Shown here: positions 41,567 to 51,092 of the stretch, piece by piece
Numbering within the stretch: position 1 is the first letter of the stretch
Layout of the letters: each line of letters opens with the position of its first letter
Origin: Myxococcota bacterium
GTDB lineage: Bacteria > Myxococcota_A > SURF-8 > G963663525
Assembly: GCA_963676915.2 (NCBI GenBank)
Contig: CAXXVK010000024.1
Location: 1 to 64,000 of the forward strand
Length of the DNA: 64,000 nt
Direction: 5' to 3'
The notes under the pieces: generated by a model
The model's database searches: none
The model's input: the letters and a program-made list of their open reading frames with translations, nothing else
Told to the model about the DNA's origin: nothing
Made by a program: the position numbers and the translations under genes

Positions 41567-42784
41567 TTATTGGTGATGAATGGCTTCGATGGGGTTGAGC
41601 ATCGACGCTTTCAGAGCCGGGTAAATCGTGGCGATCAGCGAGAGCACGAACAGCGACGCCACAGGCATATAAATGGAACGAGCCGTCAGCAGAGACCGCC
41701 AGATGGTTTCCATCGCCACGCCGGACATGGATGCGCTGTCGGCATAGGAGGACAGGTCGATTCCATGGGTTTGCAGAATCCAGGCGAATGGAATGCCGAA
41801 AAGCAATCCGAAAACGCAAGCATACAGGCTCATAACCAGAGTTTCGGCCAGGACCAGACGGAAAAGCTGGAAGGGTGTGACACCGATGGCTTTCATGACG
41901 CCGTATTCTTTGATTCGCTCGAAAACGGCCATCAGCATGGCGTTGAGAATCACAATTCCTATGGCCATGTAAACCAGCACGATCATCGGTAGCAGGAAGG
42001 CGTCGGACAACTCGACCATTTCCGCCATCGAGGGATTCAACTGTTTCCAGGTTTTTACTTCCAGTTTCGGGAAGGTTTCACTAAGGCTTTTACCTGCCTC
42101 TTCTAAAATCATTTCGTCACCCATGGCCAGCGTAATTTCATGTGCGCCTTGGGGAATCTCCATGAATTTCCTGAAGGTTTTCAGTGGCAGGAAAAGTCCT
42201 GCGGCATTGATTTCATCCCCAATGGCTTTTAGGACGCCACGCACGGTAAAGCGGTCGTTGGCCATCGATCCGTCCGCCGCCTGGGTGACGATCACCACCT
42301 CGTCTCCCGGTCCGGCTTCGAGGGTTCGGGCCAGGACTTTTCCCAAGACGATACCGTTGGGGTCAGAGTTTTCGAGCCATGTGCCTTTCTGCAAATGTTC
42401 CGTCATTTTGACGGTTTGTCGCTCTCCCTCCGGATCGACGCCCCACAGGCGTACTCCGGCGGAGGCGTTGTCGGACGCCGCCAGTCCACCGGCAAACAGG
42501 CGAGGCGTAGCCTTGTAACCGAGGTTGTGCAGTTTATCCAAAATGGCGGTTTCATTGCCGATTCGTTCGTAAATGGAAGGTTTGTCCAGATAGCCTTCGG
42601 GGTGTATCTGCAAATGCCCCATGGTCATCAGCGAGGCATTGCGTCGCAGATCGAAGAGCAGGCCGTCGTACAAGGCACTGAAAACGATCATGATTCCCAG
42701 GGCGAAAGCCATTGCTCCGACCGTCACGAGGCTGCGGCGGCGCGCTCGGAGAATGTTTCGTCCGGCCAATCGCATGGTGTTCAT
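41567..42784 (-). CDS. FtsX/LolE-like ABC permease
   Basis: AGRNILRARRRS, ILNAMLMAVFERIKEYG, IYPALKAS.LNPIEA. Confidence 0.93.
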   Translation of the reverse strand: MNTMRLAGRNILRARRRSLVTVGAMAFALGIMIVFSALYDGLLFDLRRNASLMTMGHLQIHPEGYLDKPSIYERIGNETAILDKLHNLGYKATPRLFAGGLAASDNASAGVRLWGVDPEGERQTVKMTEHLQKGTWLENSDPNGIVLGKVLARTLEAGPGDEVVIVTQAADGSMANDRFTVRGVLKAIGDEINAAGLFLPLKTFRKFMEIPQGAHEITLAMGDEMILEEAGKSLSETFPKLEVKTWKQLNPSMAEMVELSDAFLLPMIVLVYMAIGIVILNAMLMAVFERIKEYGVMKAIGVTPFQLFRLVLAETLVMSLYACVFGLLFGIPFAWILQTHGIDLSSYADSASMSGVAMETIWRSLLTARSIYMPVASLFVLSLIATIYPALKASMLNPIEAIHHQ

Positions 42785-42799
42785 AGTGGTTCCTCCTTG

Positions 42800-43588
42800 T
42801 CAGCGGCGAAGCTGATTGAGGGAAAAGAAGCTTTCTTTGAGTTTCACGTTGAAATTGATTTCTTTGTAAACAAACTCTGTGAATTCATTGGGTTTGTCCG
42901 CCGGAACCATGCGCATCACGCTAGGTAGCAGGCGACCGGACATCATTTTGTGTCCTTCGAGCGTCATCGTTCGCGCCACTTCACCGTCTTCGTCGTAGTA
43001 CACGACTTTCAGCGGTTGCCAGTCCTCAAGACGGGCTTCCATCGTCACTTTGCCCCAAACGACTGCCGCATCCGGTTTCGGAATGGAGGTCAGCTCGATG
43101 ATCTCTATCCCGTTTCGTTTACCTGTAAACGTAAGTGTCGTGTCGTAGTCGTCGGCCATGCGGCTTTCTTTGACGAGATCGTCGTTGGTGAAGTGACTAC
43201 CCATCCAGGAGCCAAGCATCATGGCAGAGGTGAGTTTGATCGTTTTGTCGGTTTTCGGCAGGTAATTATAGATTTCGTTACCGACTTTCAGCGTCGCCGT
43301 GTTGCGCTCTTTGAGAGGTTTGAGCACTTTGACCAGCGAGCGGTCTTTGCCCAACGACCATGTTTTCATGGTCAACGACCGTTCCCAGTGCTTCGTTTTG
43401 ATATTCATCGTAATCAAAGCGTCGGAGGAGTCGCCGCGCCAGAGGTCGTCGAACTTGTCGAGAACGTCTTTAACGTTGATATCTTTGACTTTATCCCCTG
43501 CGGGTTGGGCAGGCGTTTCGGCCCAGGCCGCCAAAGAAAACAATAGAGTCAAACTTGCCGCTACCCATTTCATCCAATGAAAATGCAT
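42800..43588 (-). CDS. Outer-membrane lipoprotein-sorting (LolA-like) protein
   Basis: Signal peptide; SWMGSHFTNDDL, FFSLNQLRR. Confidence 0.88.
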   Translation of the reverse strand: MHFHWMKWVAASLTLLFSLAAWAETPAQPAGDKVKDINVKDVLDKFDDLWRGDSSDALITMNIKTKHWERSLTMKTWSLGKDRSLVKVLKPLKERNTATLKVGNEIYNYLPKTDKTIKLTSAMMLGSWMGSHFTNDDLVKESRMADDYDTTLTFTGKRNGIEIIELTSIPKPDAAVVWGKVTMEARLEDWQPLKVVYYDEDGEVARTMTLEGHKMMSGRLLPSVMRMVPADKPNEFTEFVYKEINFNVKLKESFFSLNQLRR

Positions 43589-43604
43589 GATCTTTCTCCT
43601 GCCG

Positions 43605-44252
43605 TCAGTGACTCGACGCTTCGTTGGTCGTCGAGGAAAGAAGGGAGTGAAAAAAACTGTCCATAAACTGCTCGACCTGCTCGCGGAGGTCGAAGTACTC
43701 GGGATCGAGGAATTTGTGCAGCATCAAGCCGTCTTCGAAGGCTACGATGTTTACGGCGATGACTTCGGCCTGATCCTTGACTTCTTCACGGAAGATACCC
43801 TTTTCGACACCTTCAAGCACGGTCGCCACGATGAATTCCCGAATCGGTGCAAACATGCGTTGGACCAACTTGAGATGATTGAAGCTTTTGGGCTGTTCCA
43901 CGATCAACTGGAACATGATGACCGCCATTTGCATGCTTTCCGTGCTGTTGAGGTACATCTCCAAAACGGCAATGGAAAACGCCTTCAGTCGTTCCAACGG
44001 GTTTTCGATGGCCATGATAGGAGCGAAGGCTTCGTTGTCCGCGTGGCTGGCTTCCATGGCGACCTCGAAAGCGGCCACGATCAGGTCGTCTTTGGAATCG
44101 AAATATTCATAGAGGGTGCCTTTACCGATGCCGATGTGTTTCGCTACCTGATTCATGGACGTTTTCGAGAACCCCAGTTTCAAAAACGCTTCGAGTGCTC
44201 CGGCGGCGATGTCGTGTTTCTTTTTCGCTTTATCCACCAAGATGGGAGTCAT
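43605..44252 (-). CDS. TetR/AcrR family regulator
   Basis: GFSKTSMNQVAKHIGIGKGTLYEYFDSKDDL; GAGGAGG RBS before ATG 44252. Confidence 0.93.
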   Translation of the reverse strand: MTPILVDKAKKKHDIAAGALEAFLKLGFSKTSMNQVAKHIGIGKGTLYEYFDSKDDLIVAAFEVAMEASHADNEAFAPIMAIENPLERLKAFSIAVLEMYLNSTESMQMAVIMFQLIVEQPKSFNHLKLVQRMFAPIREFIVATVLEGVEKGIFREEVKDQAEVIAVNIVAFEDGLMLHKFLDPEYFDLREQVEQFMDSFFHSLLSSTTNEASSH

Positions 44253-44287
44253 CTCTTCACCTCCTCGCGATCGGTCGCTTTTTAAAA

Positions 44288-44305
44288 TGACCAACCGGTC
44301 GGTCA
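44288..44305. promoter_or_regulatory. TetR-type operator palindrome
   Basis: TGACCAACCGGTCGGTCA, 18-bp palindrome with one mismatched pair, 35 nt upstream of the tetR start. Confidence 0.7.
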
Positions 44306-44400
44306 AAGTCAAGATGTTTTTTTATCTTTTTTCGAATATTTCAAATTTGGAATAGGAATCCTACCCCAACAAAAGGTAAAATTCTAGTGATAACAGTACG

Positions 44401-46032
44401 TTACTTTCCTGTGTTTTGCGGGAGGTGGTCCAAACGTCGGTTGGCATAGATCGACGAGTTCGCGTCGCTGTACACTTTTCGCCAGCCGGTGAGTTCGCCG
44501 GGAGGATAGCGGGTCCATTTGCGGTCGAGGTAGGTGTAAAGGATATAATCGATGCGGTGTTCGTTGAGCACTCTGCTACGTTTTTGGATCGAAGGTTCGT
44601 TTCCGTATTGCTGATAAAGCCTCAAACCTTCCCGGTAGTTGGGCATGATGTCCTTATGCCCTAGAAACGAACGATGCCGGGTGAAAATCGGTACTTTTTG
44701 TCCCAACGATCCATGAGTGAACACCAACCCCGGGGCCAGTTGATCGAGCGCTTCGAAAGCCTCGAACAAATGCGATTGCATGAACAGATATTTGTTTCGT
44801 TCGACGGCCAGGCGGTTCAGGTCGGAACTTAAGTGAAGGTTGGTTGGAATCATGGCCGGAATGGCCAGCCCCACAAGTGCGATTTTCCACCGACCGGGAG
44901 AGGTCAGCCACCCGCTGGTAGCCAGCAGAAGCAGGGGAGAAATCGCCATGCCGGCGACTCTCCACGACCAAGGCACGACAGGAACCAGCAACAGAATCCA
45001 GGCTACGAGCATCCAAGCCGAAACGATGGCGTTGGTTCCCTGCCATGGACGCTTTTTGCGAAAAGCGAAAAACAACCCCAACGGAGCGAAAATCCACAAT
45101 AAACCAAGGGATATGGCGAAAGAGCCGGGAGCGGGAAAGGGGTAAACGTTTCCCTCGGACCACGACGAAAATCCCGTGCTGTATTGCGTGAGCCAGAACG
45201 TGTAACCCAGGGCTGGAACAGGTATCAGCCAGGATAAAAACGACGGTTTCGAAAAGCTTGGTGCGCTTTGGGAGGAATCGGAAGGTTTTTTCCCGAAATA
45301 GCGCGTGAGGGTGGTTATTGTCCAGACGAGAATCAGTGCCAGCCAGCCGACCAGTGCGTCGTAAGGGCGGATGGTGAACAATAGCGCTAACAGGCCGCCA
45401 GCGAGCAGATTTCGCTTGTGCTTTCCATGGGTTGTCGATGTAGCAAATAGTAGAGCGGTCATCAGCATGGCATGACTGAGCGCCGCATGTGGAACGAAGG
45501 CCGCTTGGACGAAAGGATACATCTCGGTGTGGGTATCGGGGGGCACGGCGTGAAGCAATAACCATCCGAGTTGAAAAAGCCACCCCCCCCCCGAGGCGGT
45601 CAAAAACAGGGTCAGTCCTAACAAATGCGCCAAAGGGGAAGATTTTGGCGAAAGGCGTTTGAGCCATGCAAAAGCCGCGCAGGCAAGCCAAAGGCAGGCG
45701 ATCAACCGAAGAAACTGGAAACCAACCGGATAGGTAAGACCCGTCACCTGCTGAAATTTTCCCATCGCCAACCACAAAGGATTGAAATACACCGCCGGGT
45801 TGTCGTCTTTACGATAGGGATTGGCAAACAGCCACTCTCCGCGTTCGGACTGTGCGCAAAATGCGGCGTAGGCGTCGTGGTCGTCGGGGAACATCAGCCC
45901 CCCGAGGAAATACCGATCGTCATTCTGGGCTTGGAATGCGTGAAGGTAGGGGATCGACGTCAAGACAAACAGGCACAAGGCCAGGACCAACGGTACCCGA
46001 TACGGAGAAATTGTGTGGAAAAATTTCGTCAT
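44401..46032 (-). CDS. Polytopic membrane protein, possible GT-C glycosyltransferase
   Basis: More than 10 hydrophobic segments; acidic FPDDHDAY in the first loop; soluble C-terminal IDYILY..W.KVYS domain. Confidence 0.55.
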   Translation of the reverse strand: MTKFFHTISPYRVPLVLALCLFVLTSIPYLHAFQAQNDDRYFLGGLMFPDDHDAYAAFCAQSERGEWLFANPYRKDDNPAVYFNPLWLAMGKFQQVTGLTYPVGFQFLRLIACLWLACAAFAWLKRLSPKSSPLAHLLGLTLFLTASGGGWLFQLGWLLLHAVPPDTHTEMYPFVQAAFVPHAALSHAMLMTALLFATSTTHGKHKRNLLAGGLLALLFTIRPYDALVGWLALILVWTITTLTRYFGKKPSDSSQSAPSFSKPSFLSWLIPVPALGYTFWLTQYSTGFSSWSEGNVYPFPAPGSFAISLGLLWIFAPLGLFFAFRKKRPWQGTNAIVSAWMLVAWILLLVPVVPWSWRVAGMAISPLLLLATSGWLTSPGRWKIALVGLAIPAMIPTNLHLSSDLNRLAVERNKYLFMQSHLFEAFEALDQLAPGLVFTHGSLGQKVPIFTRHRSFLGHKDIMPNYREGLRLYQQYGNEPSIQKRSRVLNEHRIDYILYTYLDRKWTRYPPGELTGWRKVYSDANSSIYANRRLDHLPQNTGK

Positions 46033-46346
46033 GGAACTTTTTGTATCAATTCATTCCTTTTTATCCTACTCACTCCATAAAGATTTGTGCAAGAAGCTTT
46101 GAAAACGATTTTCTTGACGAGTTTTTTCTGGACGGTCCTTCGATTTTTCGTCATCTTTTGTTTCGTGCTGGGAAGCTTTGTAAAACTCTCTCTCGACGGT
46201 CTTTTTACGTCCTTGATATCCAAAGAAGAATCCCGTCTAAAATCCCTTGCCCCGACGGATGGATTTAGGTATGGTACGAAACAATTTCGAGGACTTTTAT
46301 AGAAAAATTCCAAGTGAATCGTAATTGCATAAGGATGAGGTGGATC

Positions 46347-48098
46347 ATGAAAAACGCCATGGGGCTTTTTTTATTGGTGGTTTTCCTGCTGCCGTTGGCT
46401 TGCAGCATGGAAAAAACGGAAGAAGATTGGGCCTGGGATCTTTACGATAAACGGCATCGCGACCGAGCTATGTTGTACATCCAGGAACATGCCGACAATC
46501 CCAAGCTCGTCAAAGAAGCTCTTCCCGTGCTCGAATATCTCGTCACGAAACGGTACGGGACGCTAAAAGCGGTTTTCACCATGGGCGTTCTCAAGGATCC
46601 CGTGGCCGTTCCGTTTTTGCTGAAACAACTCAAGGACGTGTCCACCAAGGACTCCGAAGAGCACGACCGTCTGACCGAGCAGATTTGTATGTCGTTGGGT
46701 ATGATCGGCGACAAAACCGCCGTCGGCGAATTGATCGAAGTGGTCAAATCCGATGTGACCGGTGAAATGGGTAAAGCGGGCGGAATCCAGGCTCTTGGGG
46801 CCATCGGCGACCGCCAGGCCATCGCGCCGCTGCGGGCTATTCTCAAGGATAAAGACCAGAAGATCCAGCTTCGCCACTACGCGACGATTTCTTTGGGAAA
46901 ACTGAACGCTTCCGAAGCGGCTGACGATCTTGCCTATGCGCTGTTCGTCGATGACGGAACGGGCCTGAACCTCTTCCGCGACGGTCAGACCGCCCTGCTG
47001 CGTATCGGTGGCAAGGAAATGCGTGATGCGCTGATCAAACTCTACAATTTCCAAAACAAAGACATCTACGCCATTGTCGATAAAGAAGGCGAAGAAAACG
47101 TCAAGGAAATCATTGGTTTGGCCAAGGAAATCGGCATGAAGCCCGGTTGGGTCAAAATCAAGGCCGTCGAAGTCATGGGACAGAGCCGCGATCCCGAGTT
47201 GGTCCCGTTCCTGCTCGAGCAGTTCAAACTCGGCGCCGACCCCAAAGCCGATTTCGATTTCGAAGTGTTCGCGAAAGTGGCGCAGTCCTTGGGACGCCTT
47301 GCTTCCCCCGCCGCCATGGAAGAAATGTACAAACTGTTCATCGTCAAGCCGCCGAAGACCGAATTCCTGAACGAAAAGGAATTCATCGCTCAGGCGCTGA
47401 TGCAGATCGGCCTCCCCCAAGACAAGCTTGAAACGCTGATGGAAATCGTCGAGGGTGGCGAACAAACGTTGATTTCTCCCGTGGATGGCAAACCGACGCT
47501 GTTCCCGCAATGGCCGATGGCCGCTGCCAACCTGCTTTCCATGTTGGATATCGAAGGACAGTTCGAAGAGCGCTTCGCCAAAGTCGTGGAAGAGAAGAAA
47601 ATCAATTCCACCGTGTTCGGCTTGGCGATTTCCACTCCCGAGCTGATGGAAGCGTTCCACCTTCGCCTGAAAATGGCCAAGGAATGCAAAAAGAACGCCC
47701 AGTGCTACTATAACAAACTCAAAGCGCTGCATACCCACGTCAATGCCGCCAACGAGAGCAAAGAACAGAAGGCCAAATACGGAAAATACGACTGGGCCAT
47801 TGCCGAACGCGCTCTGTATTCTCTGGCGCATCTCAATGCTAAAAACCTCAATGATGCTCTTGAAATCGGTATGAAGTACATCGGAGCCAAAACCTTCGAA
47901 ACCGACCGTGTGCGTGACGCTGTGGTGTTCGCCGCCAACAAACTGGCGACCAAGGAAATCGTTCCGAAGCTGGCCGAGTTGCAGCAGAAAACCAAACTGG
48001 ATCGCATCGCCCAGAAAGCCTCCGAAAACCTGGGGTACGTGCTGATTCTCAAGCGTCGGGAATTCAACATCAAATCCGATGCCATTTTCGAGGAATAA
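46347..48098 (+). CDS. HEAT-repeat lipoprotein
   Basis: Lipobox LPLAC; repeated ALG.IGD..A...L motifs; strong codon bias. Confidence 0.85.
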   Translation: MKNAMGLFLLVVFLLPLACSMEKTEEDWAWDLYDKRHRDRAMLYIQEHADNPKLVKEALPVLEYLVTKRYGTLKAVFTMGVLKDPVAVPFLLKQLKDVSTKDSEEHDRLTEQICMSLGMIGDKTAVGELIEVVKSDVTGEMGKAGGIQALGAIGDRQAIAPLRAILKDKDQKIQLRHYATISLGKLNASEAADDLAYALFVDDGTGLNLFRDGQTALLRIGGKEMRDALIKLYNFQNKDIYAIVDKEGEENVKEIIGLAKEIGMKPGWVKIKAVEVMGQSRDPELVPFLLEQFKLGADPKADFDFEVFAKVAQSLGRLASPAAMEEMYKLFIVKPPKTEFLNEKEFIAQALMQIGLPQDKLETLMEIVEGGEQTLISPVDGKPTLFPQWPMAAANLLSMLDIEGQFEERFAKVVEEKKINSTVFGLAISTPELMEAFHLRLKMAKECKKNAQCYYNKLKALHTHVNAANESKEQKAKYGKYDWAIAERALYSLAHLNAKNLNDALEIGMKYIGAKTFETDRVRDAVVFAANKLATKEIVPKLAELQQKTKLDRIAQKASENLGYVLILKRREFNIKSDAIFEE

Positions 48099-48122
48099 GC
48101 GTTTCAACGAATGCAACATTCC

Positions 48123-48152
48123 GCCCCGCTCGAAATTCGAGCGGGGCTTTTT
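48123..48152 (+). terminator. Intrinsic terminator
   Basis: GCCCCGCTCGA-AAT-TCGAGCGGGGC-TTTTT. Confidence 0.85.
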
Positions 48153-48323
48153 CGTGGAAGATAGAAAACTCTTTGATAAAAATGTGCTCTTGGGTGGCGT
48201 TTGGAGCGGAAATGGGGTAAATTTTGGGGTGTTCCGAGAAAATGATCCGCGCCCGGACAATCAGGGGACTTTCGGCGACGATTTCAAAAACTTGACTTCG
48301 AACAAGGCTGGGACGAAACGGTC

Positions 48324-49643
48324 ATGGTCAATAACAGGCAAGACGACAGATACCGCGTTCAACTTCAGATCGATTCCAAAGGAAAAGAGGGAGTCGAAAC
48401 CTACACCACCGACGATGTATGCATCAACGGCGCGTTTTTGTTGACAAAACGCCCCAAACCGTTACGGCAGTTGATCCAGGTCGTCATTCATCTTCCCGAA
48501 GATAAAACCATCAAAACCTTTGCACAGGTGGTTTCCAGGCGAGGCGGACGGAATCTTCCCGGTCCTCGTGGGATGGGCGTCCAATTCTTCAGTATGAACG
48601 AAGACGATCGCGGACTCTGGGAAGGTTTTATCGGCAAGTTGGCGGAAGGCGAAGTAGAGGAAGAAGAAATCGTCTCCGATGTCGCTGAGACTGAAGAGGA
48701 AGACTGGTTCGAGATCGAGTTGGACGAGGAAGAGGAAATCATTGAAATCGATGATTTCGAGGAAGAGGACGACGAGGACTCTGAAGCGGATGCTCAAGCC
48801 GAGGAGAAAAAGCCGGTCGAAACTTCGGCAAACGATACTTCCCACGACCTAAGCGATGCCTTCGATGCGTACGGGGAAGAAACGGATCTCGATGACCTTG
48901 CCGCCGAAGCCGATAAAGAACTTGAAAATGTGAAAAAAGCGTCGGAAACCGACGAGGACGATGAAGAATTTGAAGTCGTGATCGACGACGAATTTATCAT
49001 CGAAGAAGAAGACGAGGACGACGACGGCATTTTATTTGATGATCCGGAATTCGAAGACGAAACGAACCAAAGCGGTTCGGTAATTACCATCGTTGAAGAA
49101 GAAAAACAGCACGTCAACCTGGATGACGGGAATTTCAGCGCCAACTTTATCGTTGCCCCGATCGATCGCAAGGAGCTACGGCAGATTTTCAAGCGGGAAA
49201 TCAGCCAGGGGACGCTTTCGGTACCAACCGAAGAGGACATCAACAAAGGCGACGAAATCCGCGTGGTTCTGGTGCATCCCTGGACGGGTGCCGAGTATTC
49301 CGTACTTGGAAAGATCAAGGATGTAAATCATAAGGATAACAATGTCGTAGGGGCCGAAATCGACTTCGACGAAATGAATCTCGTTCCGTTGGCGGCCTAC
49401 ATTCGGTCGGGACTGCTGATCGAAGGAGAAAACGAGGAAGACATCAAGGCCAACACGAGAAAGCGGCTCAATGGCGTCGTGGATTGGCTGATGGATCATT
49501 TTCAGGATGCGGAAAACCATTTCCTGTTGGGACTACTGCATTTAAGTCTTGGAGAAGGTCCGGAAGCCCGCAAAGAACTGGCCCGTGCCCTGCTGATGGA
49601 CCACAAGGTGCCGGGAGAAGCCATTGACGCCACGTTTCGATAG
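48324..49643 (+). CDS. PilZ domain protein with acidic linker, second PilZ-like domain and TPR-like tail
   Basis: RQDDR (RxxxR), DVCING (DxSxxG variant), GMGVQF; REISQGTLSV; HFLLGLLHL. Confidence 0.78.
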   Translation: MVNNRQDDRYRVQLQIDSKGKEGVETYTTDDVCINGAFLLTKRPKPLRQLIQVVIHLPEDKTIKTFAQVVSRRGGRNLPGPRGMGVQFFSMNEDDRGLWEGFIGKLAEGEVEEEEIVSDVAETEEEDWFEIELDEEEEIIEIDDFEEEDDEDSEADAQAEEKKPVETSANDTSHDLSDAFDAYGEETDLDDLAAEADKELENVKKASETDEDDEEFEVVIDDEFIIEEEDEDDDGILFDDPEFEDETNQSGSVITIVEEEKQHVNLDDGNFSANFIVAPIDRKELRQIFKREISQGTLSVPTEEDINKGDEIRVVLVHPWTGAEYSVLGKIKDVNHKDNNVVGAEIDFDEMNLVPLAAYIRSGLLIEGENEEDIKANTRKRLNGVVDWLMDHFQDAENHFLLGLLHLSLGEGPEARKELARALLMDHKVPGEAIDATFR

Positions 49644-49708
49644 TCGGTGTAAAGTCTAAACGCCACCTTGTCACGTCGGACAAGAAATTTGTCCGACCAC
49701 GATTGACT

Positions 49709-51082
49709 TTACACACCTTCCGCTTGGATCTGCTTCAATTCCTTGCGAGTGTTTTCAAGTTCTTCATAAAACTGCTTTTCCAATGCGGGTGGGAGGCGTC
49801 GAGCCAAGATTTCGGCGTCCTTGAGGCGTTTGGAGCATCCCATCTCTACGAGAAGATCGTACAGCTCCACTTTTTCCTTGGATTCCTGCAACGGGAAAAG
49901 GTAGCCGTTGAGTTCTTCCGGTGGTTTGCCGTTGAGTACCGAGCGCAGGCGGTCGAATTCCTTTGAGGTCGGTACCGGATTGATCGGGAAGAAAATCGGC
50001 TGTGAACCCAGCAGCGCCATGAAAAGATAGGTTCGAAACAGGTGGCGCGTGGATTCGTCATCGTAACCCACAATACAGGTGGTGTGGAACTTGCCGATGT
50101 CGAACCCGATGTCTTTAAGCATCAGCAGGGTACGTATCGCCGTTTTGTGACCGTACGGTTTTTGAAAACGCTGAAGCATCGACGGATCGGTGGATTCTAC
50201 GGGAATGGTCATCTCCACCACACCCGCTTTTTGCATTTTCAACGCCAGTTCCCTCGTGATTTTGTTGGGTTGCAGACCCATGTTGAAACTGAAGGTCAAT
50301 CCGGCGTTCGTTTTGGCAACGGTATCGAATAGTTCTCCCATGGCTTCGGGAAACAACGTGACGTTCGGATCCCAGTTGCTGAAATGGGAAATTCCGAATC
50401 GTTTTTTAACGCTGAGGAAATAGTACAAAAGCTGTTTCGAGCTGAATCGTAGTTGAGGCGGATGGCGATGGTTGACGCAAAACGTGCAACGGTTCGAACA
50501 TCCCGTGGCAAGATTGAACAAGCCCAGTTCAGGCATGGTTTCGAACAGCGAGATGTCGGCGAATTCCCGTTCGGCTTCTTCGACGATACCCGAGACAATC
50601 TCGTCGGCGAGGCTTTTGTTCGCCCATTCGGGTTCGAGCGTCGGATAATTTCCCCCGAGTTTGATTTGCGTTTCGGGCCAGATTTCTTTGCAGACCTGGA
50701 TCGCTTCGTGGGTCGTCTCCCAGTTGTAGGTCAGGCAACTGCTGACCCATATTTCGTCTGGCCGTTCGGATTCCTGCAACCGGCTGCGTAGCCAGTCCAT
50801 ACTTTTTCCAAGTAAATACGAAGGTTTGATGGAATCTTTGACGCGGTTGTTTCCTGCGTGTTTCATGGAGTGCAGGGTGCAGTTGGATGGCCAGTCGCGA
50901 ACGAACGAGCCTTCCAGGTGGCCGTACTCCATCATGTCGATAAGGCGCACGCCATGACCTGCACGTTTCAGTAAGGTTCCCAACTTGAGCAGGCCGTAAG
51001 GGTAAGGCTCTGCATAATTATAGAGTTGTGGCAAGCTGACAGCTTGAACGGGAGGATGGAGAAGAAGAATCGAGCGGGCCAC
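49709..51082 (-). CDS. Cobalamin-binding radical SAM enzyme
   Basis: PYGLLKLGTLL, IKLGGNYPTL (B12 domain), GCSNRCTFC (CxxxCxxC); GTG start after AAAGGA. Confidence 0.9.
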   Translation of the reverse strand: MARSILLLHPPVQAVSLPQLYNYAEPYPYGLLKLGTLLKRAGHGVRLIDMMEYGHLEGSFVRDWPSNCTLHSMKHAGNNRVKDSIKPSYLLGKSMDWLRSRLQESERPDEIWVSSCLTYNWETTHEAIQVCKEIWPETQIKLGGNYPTLEPEWANKSLADEIVSGIVEEAEREFADISLFETMPELGLFNLATGCSNRCTFCVNHRHPPQLRFSSKQLLYYFLSVKKRFGISHFSNWDPNVTLFPEAMGELFDTVAKTNAGLTFSFNMGLQPNKITRELALKMQKAGVVEMTIPVESTDPSMLQRFQKPYGHKTAIRTLLMLKDIGFDIGKFHTTCIVGYDDESTRHLFRTYLFMALLGSQPIFFPINPVPTSKEFDRLRSVLNGKPPEELNGYLFPLQESKEKVELYDLLVEMGCSKRLKDAEILARRLPPALEKQFYEELENTRKELKQIQAEGV

Positions 51083-51092
51083 GATGTTTCCT

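Noticed and set aside
46029-46313. Small ORFs between the GT-C-like and HEAT genes
   Set aside because: Divergent promoter region; no RBS or recognisable product
46563-48260. 565-aa minus-strand ORF
   Set aside because: Antisense shadow of the codon-biased HEAT gene
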